From: a virus
UHGV virus genome: UHGV-1980648
DNA: 12,883 bases
Direction: 5' to 3' (one strand)
A program made the translations under genes and the position numbers. This document shows, piece by piece, positions 1 to 6,326 of the stretch (its first letter is position 1; each line of letters begins with the position of its first letter). The notes beneath the pieces are model-generated. The model was not told the origin of the DNA and ran no database searches. It saw only the letters and a program-made list of their open reading frames with translations.

Positions 1-50
1 ACACGCCGTACACCAGAGATTCGTTGTTGCCAAGCTCGATAGTATCCATG
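1..50 (-). CDS. Partial CDS (first 16 codons only; gene runs off the left edge), hypothetical early-left gene
   Basis: Minus-strand ATG at 50-48 with GAGG about 5 nt upstream; translation MDTIELGNNESLVYGV...; lies downstream of a strong leftward promoter. Not recognisably lambda N. Confidence 0.3.
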
Positions 51-120
51 CTGACCTCATTTCCCCTTAACGCCGGGTGGCGGAACTAAAACCTACAGCG
101 CCGTGCTGTTCTTGATAGAA

Positions 121-149
121 ATATTAGTAACGCGGATATTTTAAGTCAA
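121..149 (-). promoter_or_regulatory. Leftward sigma70-type promoter (pL-like)
   Basis: On the minus strand: TTGACT (complement of 144-149), 17-nt spacer, TAATAT (complement of 121-126); AT-rich context; drives the gene starting at 50. Confidence 0.45.
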
Positions 150-246
150 CAGTATGGCGTATGATATTTTTGATTTGGTAACTATGTAAATGTTTTTTCA
201 AGGGAAAAATATTAGTTATACAGCTGATTTGCAGAAGTTATGGCAC

Positions 247-277
247 AAAAAAACCGACTAAGACGTCGGTTTTTTTG
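247..277. terminator. Bidirectional intrinsic terminator downstream of the repressor gene
   Basis: A7 tract, hairpin CCGAC-taagac-GTCGG, T7 tract (aaaaaaaccgactaagacgtcggttttttt). Confidence 0.6.
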
Positions 278-302
278 TTGTGGATGGGGTAGTGAGCGGT
301 GG

Positions 303-764
303 CTACTGGTTACGTTTCTTTAGTGCCAGCATGTTCTCGAAGGCTTCCTCGTAGAGCTTGTTTAGTCCACGTAGCTGGTTAAGGAGTTTGGCTTTTTCTG
401 ACGCAGGTAGAATCTCGAAGAGGTTAAGTAACTCTGCCTGTTCTTCATTGACCAGCCTCCATCCTTTGCCTGAAAAGTTATCATCATAAGTATCTGATGA
501 TCTTACATAATTCATTAAGTCTTTAAGGTCTTCTCGAATGTCCTCTGGTTTTACCTTTAACAGAGCCGCAAATTTTAGCGCAGCGTCGGTATTTACCGGT
601 ATCTTGCCGTTCAGATACTGGCTAACGGTGCCTTGAGATTCGAATCCCAACAACTCAGCCGCCAGCTCTTGAGTCAGCTTCAGCTCTTTTTTTCTTGCAT
701 TCCATGCGGCTTTTAAATTCTTGCTCGCTTCTGGAGTTGCAATCACTTCGCGTGTTTTTTTCAT
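303..764 (-). CDS. Phage repressor, XRE-family HTH, CI-like but without an S24 peptidase (autocleavage) domain
   Basis: 153 aa; N-terminal HTH LTQELAAELLGFESQGTVSQYLNGK; C-terminal helical region with no Ala-Gly/Ser-Lys peptidase motifs; divergent from the Cro-like gene; start ATG at 764 has almost no leader, as with lambda cI from pRM. Confidence 0.75.
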   Translation of the reverse strand: MKKTREVIATPEASKNLKAAWNARKKELKLTQELAAELLGFESQGTVSQYLNGKIPVNTDAALKFAALLKVKPEDIREDLKDLMNYVRSSDTYDDNFSGKGWRLVNEEQAELLNLFEILPASEKAKLLNQLRGLNKLYEEAFENMLALKKRNQ

Positions 765-812
765 ACATAGAGTTTATTTGTTTTACCAATATTATCAAAG
801 ATAGTCTGGCTA

Positions 813-841
813 TTGATCTTTAAAATTAGCGGGGCTAATAT
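813..841 (+). promoter_or_regulatory. Rightward early promoter (pR-like) within the 765-865 operator/promoter region
   Basis: TTGATC (813-818), 17-nt spacer, TAATAT (836-841); precedes the Cro-like gene, whose RBS is GAAGG. Confidence 0.5.
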
Positions 842-865
842 TTGCTCGAGGCATAACGTAGAAGG

Positions 866-1147
866 TTGGCTATGAACTTAAGAGACTATTTAAAAGAGAA
901 ACATATCACCCAGCTACAGTTTGGGAAGCTAACGGGTTTATCTCAGGTGCATGTAAGTCGAGTGCTGGGGGGCTATGAAAGATTCAGCCCTGAAAAAGCA
1001 TTACGTGTTGCTGAAGTAACGAATTTCGAGGTTACACCTCATGAACTCCGGCCTGATATTTACCCGAATCCAACCGACGGCTTACCTGTTGGATTCAAGG
1101 CTAACACACCAAATGCATCGGAGTTGATTCATGAAAATCAGGCATGA
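866..1147 (+). CDS. Cro/YdaS-like HTH regulator
   Basis: 93 aa; HTH motif LQFGKLTGLSQVHVSRVLGG; first gene of the rightward operon, divergent from the repressor. Confidence 0.7.
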   Translation: MAMNLRDYLKEKHITQLQFGKLTGLSQVHVSRVLGGYERFSPEKALRVAEVTNFEVTPHELRPDIYPNPTDGLPVGFKANTPNASELIHENQA

Positions 1148-1556
1148 GCACATCCGCATGGCGATGAATGCCTGGGCGCATCCGGACGGTGAAAAAGTTC
1201 CGGCAGCTGAAATAACCCGGGCTTATTTTGAGCTTGGTATGACGTTCCCGGAATTATATGACGACAGCCATCCGGAAGCCCTGGCTCGCAATACCCAGAA
1301 AATTTTCCGCTGGGTGGAGAAAGACACTCCTGATGCGGTTAAAAAAATTCAGGCGTTGTTACCAGCGATCGAAAAAGCAATGCCGCCTCTGCTGGTGGCC
1401 CGAATGCGCAGCCACAGTTCAGCTTATTTTCGGGAGCTGGTGGAGACGCGGGAACGACTGGTGAGAGACGCTGATGATTTTGTCGCAGTGGCGATCGCTG
1501 GTTTCAACCAGATGAATCGTGGTGGCCCTGCAGGAAATATTGTGGCTGTGCATTGA
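1131..1556 (+). CDS. YdaT-like protein (CII-position regulator of Rac-type immunity regions)
   Basis: 141 aa; start overlaps the Cro-like stop by 17 nt; GGAG RBS; the Cro-like/YdaT-like/initiator order matches Rac ydaS-ydaT-ydaU from memory. Confidence 0.55.
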   Translation: MKIRHEHIRMAMNAWAHPDGEKVPAAEITRAYFELGMTFPELYDDSHPEALARNTQKIFRWVEKDTPDAVKKIQALLPAIEKAMPPLLVARMRSHSSAYFRELVETRERLVRDADDFVAVAIAGFNQMNRGGPAGNIVAVH

Positions 1557-1627
1557 CTCGCAATATTCATACCGGATCACTTCCGGCAATTTGTGAGTAA
1601 AAAGATTCGGTATCAGAAGAGGTGAGT

Positions 1628-2668
1628 ATGGCTAACGCCTGGCTCAGATTATGGCATGACATGCCAAATGACCCTAAGTGGCGAACAATTGCCAGGGTGT
1701 CAGGGCAGCCAATTGCAACAGTGATGGCAGTGTATATCCACCTTCTGGTGAGCGCGTCACGAAATGTCACGACATGTCACGGCGTGTCACTACGTGGTCA
1801 CATTGATGTCACGACGGAAGATTTAGCAAGTGCGCTTGATGTGACGGAAGAAGTAATTGATTCAATTTTACAGGCAATGCAGGGGCGGGTACTTGATGGA
1901 GATTTAATCACCGGATGGGAAAAACGCCAGGTACTGAAAGAGGACAATGGCAACGTTTCACAAACCGCGAAATCCCCGGCAGAGCGCAAGAGAGCGCAGC
2001 GCGAGAGGGAAAAATTACGAAAACAGAATGAGGGGTGTCACGACGAGTCACGCATATGTCACGACATGTCACGACGAGTCACGACAGATAAAGATACAGA
2101 TAAAGAATTAAACCCCACACATAACGCGCACGTGCGCGAGAGTGCTCCGACCAGTGAGTCGAGTGGTACGCCGTTGCAGGCAGCAGAACCTGCATCCCTG
2201 GATGGACTGAGCGAACCCATCGGGAAATTTCCGATGGTCGATGACTGGCATCCGTCGCCGGATTTTCGACGACGGGCTGCGTTGTGGGGGATGGCTTTGC
2301 CGGAGCCGGAATTTACACCTGCTGAACTTGCCGCTTTCCGGGACTACTGGGCAGCGGAGGGGAAAGTTTTCACGCAGGTTCAGTGGGAGCAGAAATTCGC
2401 CCGTCACGTAAATCACGTCAGGGCGCAGGTTAAGCCAGTCAGCAAGGGGGTAAACCATGCAGCAGCACCAGGTGGCACCGCATCACGGGCAGTTCAGGAA
2501 ATTCGGGCAGCACGTGAGCAGTGGGAACGTGAAAACGGATTTATCAGCGACGGAAACGGTCTGGAAGCTGTGGGAACTCATGGGGGAGGTTTATTCGAAC
2601 CGCTGGACCCAGAAGAACGGGGCCGCACCTTCGAAGCTCTGGATTGCACAGATTGGCGCGATGACTGA
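1628..2668 (+). CDS. Replication initiator / replisome organiser (functional O analogue, YdaU-like) with internal origin iterons
   Basis: ATG at 1628 with GAGGTGA RBS (the ORF track starts at a GTG at 1622); 346 aa; two iteron clusters inside the ORF; the next gene is a lambda-P-like helicase loader. Confidence 0.6.
   Translation: MANAWLRLWHDMPNDPKWRTIARVSGQPIATVMAVYIHLLVSASRNVTTCHGVSLRGHIDVTTEDLASALDVTEEVIDSILQAMQGRVLDGDLITGWEKRQVLKEDNGNVSQTAKSPAERKRAQREREKLRKQNEGCHDESRICHDMSRRVTTDKDTDKELNPTHNAHVRESAPTSESSGTPLQAAEPASLDGLSEPIGKFPMVDDWHPSPDFRRRAALWGMALPEPEFTPAELAAFRDYWAAEGKVFTQVQWEQKFARHVNHVRAQVKPVSKGVNHAAAPGGTASRAVQEIRAAREQWERENGFISDGNGLEAVGTHGGGLFEPLDPEERGRTFEALDCTDWRDD
1754..1815 (+). repeat. 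Iteron cluster 1: six GTCAC(GAC/GGC) repeats at roughly 10-11 bp spacing, putative ori
   Basis: gcgtcacgaaatgtcacgacatgtcacggcgtgtcactacgtggtcacattgatgtcacgac; helical-turn periodicity; located inside the initiator gene, as lambda ori is inside O. Confidence 0.6.
2037..2085 (+). repeat. Iteron cluster 2: five GTCACG(A)C repeats at 10-11 bp spacing
   Basis: gtcacgacgagtcacgcatatgtcacgacatgtcacgacgagtcacgac; same core as cluster 1, about 220 bp downstream. Confidence 0.6.
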
Positions 2669-3122
2669 GCAGCAAATCCGACAGGTCTGCCGCCAGTGCA
2701 TGGACCGCTGCCGGGCGGGTGAAACATGGCCTCCGGACCTGGCTGAGTTTGTGGCGCTGATTTCAGAAAGCGGGGCCAATCCATTTGGCCTGACGGTGGA
2801 TGCTGTGATGGAGGAGTACCGCCGCTGGCGTGATGAGTCCTGGCGATATGACGGAAGCGACAAATATCCGTGGCCTCAGCCTGTGCTGTACCACATCTGC
2901 CTCGAAATGCGTACCAGAGGGATTGAGCGCCAGATGACGCAGGGTGAGTTAAAACGACTTGCGGAACGGCAACTGACGAAATGGGCAAAGCATGTTGGTA
3001 ACGGGATGAGTGTTCCGCCAGTGCGACGACAACTGGAAGGGGCGAAACACCCGCAAGGGCCAACGCCAATTGAACGGCTGAAACAGGAATACGAACGCCG
3101 GAAGGCAGCTGGTTTTATTTGA
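2457..3122 (+). CDS. Lambda P-like replicative helicase loader
   Basis: Resemblance to lambda P by eye (ETWPPDLAEFVALISE...YPWPQPVLYHICLEMR...GELKRLAERQ against lambda P ...PSPGQFVAWCREE...YPWKSNAHYWLVTNLYQNMR...). ATG 2457 has an AAGGGGG RBS, but the ORF overlaps the initiator by 212 nt; alternative in-frame starts are 2580 and 2661, the latter forming ATGACTGA with the initiator stop. Confidence 0.7.
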   Translation: MQQHQVAPHHGQFRKFGQHVSSGNVKTDLSATETVWKLWELMGEVYSNRWTQKNGAAPSKLWIAQIGAMTEQQIRQVCRQCMDRCRAGETWPPDLAEFVALISESGANPFGLTVDAVMEEYRRWRDESWRYDGSDKYPWPQPVLYHICLEMRTRGIERQMTQGELKRLAERQLTKWAKHVGNGMSVPPVRRQLEGAKHPQGPTPIERLKQEYERRKAAGFI

Positions 3123-3155
3123 ATCTGAGAAACGATTTTGTCGGAGGAAATTTTA

Positions 3156-3926
3156 ATGGAAACCGTATTTGACGCACTGAAAGCAATGGGAAAAGCCACA
3201 TCGGTAGAACTGGCCGCGCGACTTGATATCAGTCGTGAAGAGGTTCTCAACGAGCTGTGGGAACTCAAAAGAAAAGGCGTCGTTGATAAAACTGGTCACA
3301 CCTGGTTTCTGGCTGGCGAAGGTGAATCCCGGGTAACCGAAGAGCGGCCAGTAAAATCTGAAGCACAGGATATGCTGACCGGGGAGGTCGAACAAAAAGT
3401 TACCGCAGACATGATGATTGAGTTTATCGGTCAGGATGGGGCTAAAACGTGTGAGGAACTGGCGGGTAAGTTCGGTGTCAGTACTCGCAAGGTTGCTTCC
3501 ACGCTGGCGGTGGTAACCGCAACGGGGCGGCTGGCACGCGTTAATCAGAACGGTAAATTTCGTTACTGCATGCCGGGCGATAATTTACCAGCAGAGCCGA
3601 AAGCCGCGCTGGTAACGGAAAGTGATGGTAAGGCCTTTCCTCAGCCAGCAGGTGCTGCGTTACCAGTCCGGGAAGCCGCAACACAGGAAGAAATTAAAAC
3701 AGAAACTGTGGCGGACATTGTGCAGTCGTTGCCATCGTTTACCGAAACGCAAGCAGATGAGCTGATTTTTCCGTCCCTGCGCAGGGCAAACCTGGCGCTG
3801 CGCAGGGCGAAAAGTGATGTTCAGAAGTGGGAGCGAGTCTGCGCCGCGCTGCGGGAGCTGAATAAACACCGGGATATTTTCAGTTCGATTGCTGATATTC
3901 CGGTTCATTCACCGACAACAAAGTGA
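3156..3926 (+). CDS. Hypothetical protein with two winged-helix-like segments (resembles the DUF1627-type proteins found after P in lambdoid prophages)
   Basis: ATG 3156 with GGAGG 7 nt upstream (the ORF track starts at a TTG at 3138); internal duplication [17 protein letters not shown] / [17 protein letters not shown]. Confidence 0.5.
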   Translation: METVFDALKAMGKATSVELAARLDISREEVLNELWELKRKGVVDKTGHTWFLAGEGESRVTEERPVKSEAQDMLTGEVEQKVTADMMIEFIGQDGAKTCEELAGKFGVSTRKVASTLAVVTATGRLARVNQNGKFRYCMPGDNLPAEPKAALVTESDGKAFPQPAGAALPVREAATQEEIKTETVADIVQSLPSFTETQADELIFPSLRRANLALRRAKSDVQKWERVCAALRELNKHRDIFSSIADIPVHSPTTK

Positions 3927-3941
3927 TCTCCGGAGGTGCTT

Positions 3942-4373
3942 ATGACAAGAGCATTTACACCAGAAGAGCGGGAAAAAATTAAGGGGCTGATCGTGGAATT
4001 CGTACGCCTTAACGGACGAGGCACGATTCGGCAGTTATCGGATGAAATTGGTGTCAGTCATGCGTCTGTCGGTCGTTTATGCATGGAGCTGGCCGCCAGT
4101 GGTGATGTTTACAATTCCGGTTACGGAGTATTCCCGTCTGAACAGGCTCGTAAGGACTGGCAAAATGCCCGCAAAAAACTCTCAAGGGCAAAGTCGAAGA
4201 AACCGGTTGTCGTTGATCCAGACCTTATCCGGGCATTACCAGATGGGGAAATACGGCGCTACGACAGACGCTACAACACAATTTGTCGCGAGTGCCGTAA
4301 CAGCGAAACGATGCAGCGTGTGCTGGCATTCTGGCGAGGGAGTGCAGAGGGATTGATGTTCTCCCCGTCGTGA
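3942..4373 (+). CDS. Hypothetical protein, N-terminal wHTH-like, Cys-containing C-terminus
   Basis: ATG 3942 with GGAGG 5 nt upstream (the ORF track starts at a GTG at 3936); 143 aa; segment IRQLSDEIGVSHASVGRLCMELAASG. Confidence 0.5.
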   Translation: MTRAFTPEEREKIKGLIVEFVRLNGRGTIRQLSDEIGVSHASVGRLCMELAASGDVYNSGYGVFPSEQARKDWQNARKKLSRAKSKKPVVVDPDLIRALPDGEIRRYDRRYNTICRECRNSETMQRVLAFWRGSAEGLMFSPS

Positions 4374-4405
4374 ATGACGGGGGCTTACGTGTTCAGAAAA
4401 GTGAT

Positions 4406-5080
4406 TCATATAGAGGCTGAATCTGATCTTTTTTGTTCACGTCTGGCTTCCACCATTGCAGGCAGAGTGAAGGCGTAGACTAAAAACATTTCGGTAAAAC
4501 TCAGGATCTGGCTTGCCTCAATTGGTGTGAAAACTTCATCTGTATGAACTGCTTTATTGGCATCAATTCGTACAATATGAGCCCATTCCTTCATCTGTTC
4601 AGTGATCAGGCCTTTTTTGTAAATCATCTGAATACGTTGCGACAGCGATTCTTTTCCTGCTTCATCGCCGAGCAGTTTTTTCGTGGAGATATCGAGGACT
4701 CTGCGACAAAGAATAACCACTGTGTCGTACCGCCTCCTCTGTAAATCCTCTTTTGCCTCAACAAAAGTACGGTCTGCAACCGGGGGCGTATATTCTGGTG
4801 CGGTAATTTTTTTGACCACAGGATAGATCTTGCGGAAACGGTACTGGCTATTTCCTGAAATCAGAATATCGAGGTCTTTTTTCTGGCTTTCCGCCATGGG
4901 ACCGTGATAGTGGTCTGATGGGATTTCAACAATAGCAACACCTCCTCGATGACAACTTCTGCATACAAAAGCGACGTTAAAAAAAGGTGTTTTTTCAATT
5001 TGTTTTTCGGCAAATGCCTCAATAACAGCTCGCTCTTTTAAACAGTGCGGGCATGTGATATCAAAGGAGACTAAACCCAT
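4406..5080 (-). CDS. Zinc-ribbon plus DUF4145-like domain protein; candidate defence / abortive-infection cargo gene
   Basis: 224 aa from the ATG at 5080 (GAGGAA RBS); N-terminal CPHC...x26...CRSC zinc ribbon; C-terminal helical region LSQRIQMIYKKGLITEQMKEWAHIVRIDANKAVH resembles DUF4145 from memory; opposite orientation to the flanking phage operons. Confidence 0.6.
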   Translation of the reverse strand: MGLVSFDITCPHCLKERAVIEAFAEKQIEKTPFFNVAFVCRSCHRGGVAIVEIPSDHYHGPMAESQKKDLDILISGNSQYRFRKIYPVVKKITAPEYTPPVADRTFVEAKEDLQRRRYDTVVILCRRVLDISTKKLLGDEAGKESLSQRIQMIYKKGLITEQMKEWAHIVRIDANKAVHTDEVFTPIEASQILSFTEMFLVYAFTLPAMVEARREQKRSDSASI

Positions 5081-5324
5081 GGATATTCCTCGCGAAATTA
5101 AAGAAATTAACGAAATCATTGAGGTTACTGATCGCCCCGAGTTTACCCTCATGCGTCGTTATGAAACAGGAACCGACGAACAAAAATACATCATGGTTGC
5201 AGCATTGGCTGTGATGGCGATAGAAAGGGAGCGAAGGGAAAAGGACGTAATGGTTATTCCTGAGAGAAATGATTCACCGGATTTGAGATGGCAGGAGCCG
5301 GAGTGGGATGTGGTAATCCGGTGA
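5079..5324 (+). CDS. Small acidic hypothetical protein (81 aa), divergent from the zinc-ribbon gene
   Basis: ATG 5079 with AAGGAGA RBS 8 nt upstream; its start codon overlaps the minus-strand start of the 4406-5080 gene within CATG; no recognisable domain. Confidence 0.3.
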   Translation: MDIPREIKEINEIIEVTDRPEFTLMRRYETGTDEQKYIMVAALAVMAIERERREKDVMVIPERNDSPDLRWQEPEWDVVIR

Positions 5325-5378
5325 TTGATATTTCTCTGGGGTAAAGCGCCGCCAGAATGACGGCGCGGTAGTGGAGAG

Positions 5379-5687
5379 TTAAACGAAGCGGATCTGGAGT
5401 TTTTTCCCTGTAGCACGGGCGAATTTTTTCAGTGTGGCAAATGATGGGCCGCTTGTACCTGATGCAAGATTGCTTTCCATTCTGGTTATCGCAGTCGCTT
5501 TTGTTCCCATACGTTCAGCAACTTCAGCCTGGGTTAAGCCAGCTTCTTTTCGTGCTGCCAGCATTTCATCAAGTAGTGCGAATTCATCGGCGATGGCGTC
5601 GTATTCTGCTTTTACTGCGGGGTTAGACAACATTTTTTCTACCATTTCATCGTGTGTCATGGTAGGTGGGGTACGTTTACCAGTCAT
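5379..5687 (-). CDS. XRE-family HTH antitoxin (HigA-like)
   Basis: 102 aa; HTH LTQAEVAERMGTKATAITRMESN; AAGGAGG RBS; overlaps the upstream toxin gene by 11 nt. Confidence 0.8.
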   Translation of the reverse strand: MTGKRTPPTMTHDEMVEKMLSNPAVKAEYDAIADEFALLDEMLAARKEAGLTQAEVAERMGTKATAITRMESNLASGTSGPSFATLKKFARATGKKLQIRFV

Positions 5688-6006
5688 GCTTAACCTCCTT
5701 CATTCTGGTTTCAGCTTTTCTAAGCTCGGCAGGTGGAGTTTTTTGCGTTTTCTTTACAAAGCTATGCAACATAATGATTCGCTTTCCTTTTAGCGTGCAG
5801 TAAAAAACACGCCCTATGCCTTCCGAGCCCTTAAGGCGGATTTCAAACAAACCGTCGCCAAATGCCTCTGTATGCGGGGAACCAAGATTAGCTCCGTAAA
5901 TACGCATTTTCTCCGTGTACCGAATGTACCGGGCTTGTAAGGTCTCAGGAAGAGAAAGGATCTCAGCTTCAACCTCGTCACTGTAGTATTCGATAATGTA
6001 GTTCAT
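5677..6006 (-). CDS. RelE/ParE-superfamily toxin, phage Gp49-like / HigB-like
   Basis: 109 aa from ATG 6006 (alternative ATG at 6018); MNYIIEYYSDEVEAEILSLPETLQARY...FGDGLFEIRLKG...RVFYCTLKGKRIIMLHSFVKKTQKTP is typical of this family; toxin-first order with HTH antitoxin. Confidence 0.75.
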   Translation of the reverse strand: MNYIIEYYSDEVEAEILSLPETLQARYIRYTEKMRIYGANLGSPHTEAFGDGLFEIRLKGSEGIGRVFYCTLKGKRIIMLHSFVKKTQKTPPAELRKAETRMKEVKHDW

Positions 6007-6048
6007 GAGAGTAAACATAACAAATTTGTTATATACATTCAAGGTATG

Positions 6049-6078
6049 TTGACGACAACACATATCCGGGATTATATT
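6049..6078 (+). promoter_or_regulatory. Rightward sigma70-type promoter restarting the nin-region operon
   Basis: TTGACG (6049-6054), 18-nt spacer, TATATT (6073-6078); its -35 overlaps the -35 of a divergent minus-strand promoter for the toxin-antitoxin operon (TTGTCG, complement of 6053-6058, with -10 TATATA at complement of 6030-6035). Confidence 0.4.
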
Positions 6079-6140
6079 CTTCGCACGCCAGCAAAATCTG
6101 GCGTCGGGATTTGCACCCCGGATATTCAACCGCGACAGAC

Positions 6141-6162
6141 ACACGCCGCGAGCGTGTTTTTT
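6141..6162 (+). terminator. Intrinsic terminator or attenuator in the leader upstream of the ORF6N gene
   Basis: ACACGC-cgcga-GCGTGT followed by TTTTTTGTT; preceded by two further hairpins at 6086-6103 and 6104-6120. Confidence 0.5.
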
Positions 6163-6326
6163 GTTGTCGTAAGCACACGCACATCTGAATTATGGTGGGG
6201 CGTATGGGGGAGCCGAAAGGCTCGCCGGTTGGTTGATCCGGTAGTGCAAACCCTGTACGTCTCACCACCCAAAGATTTGCACCTGACGGTGGTGATAGTT
6301 AAATTCATCAACCAGAGGGCGTTGTC

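Noticed and set aside
1258-1464. 68-aa ORF on the plus strand inside the YdaT-like gene
   Set aside because: Lies entirely within a better-supported gene in another frame; no RBS; Arg/Cys/Trp-rich composition typical of off-frame translation.
1754-2085. Possible CRISPR array suggested by the short direct repeats
   Set aside because: Repeat units are about 8 bp at 10-11 bp spacing with no spacers of 25-40 bp and lie inside a coding sequence; these are iterons, not CRISPR repeats.
2108-3268. Several minus-strand ORFs (2108-2458, 2578-3069, 2591-2863, 2876-3268) antisense to the initiator and P-like genes
   Set aside because: Antisense to genes with clear family resemblance; Ser/Arg/Pro-rich low-complexity products; no RBS.
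4042-4356. 104-aa plus-strand ORF overlapping the 3942-4373 gene
   Set aside because: Alternative frame of the same region with no start context; the 3942 frame has a GGAGG RBS.
5159-5793. Overlapping ORFs 5159-5416 (minus), 5432-5626 (plus) and 5434-5793 (plus)
   Set aside because: They overlap the well-supported antitoxin and toxin genes or the small plus-strand ORF in other frames, with no RBS and biased composition.
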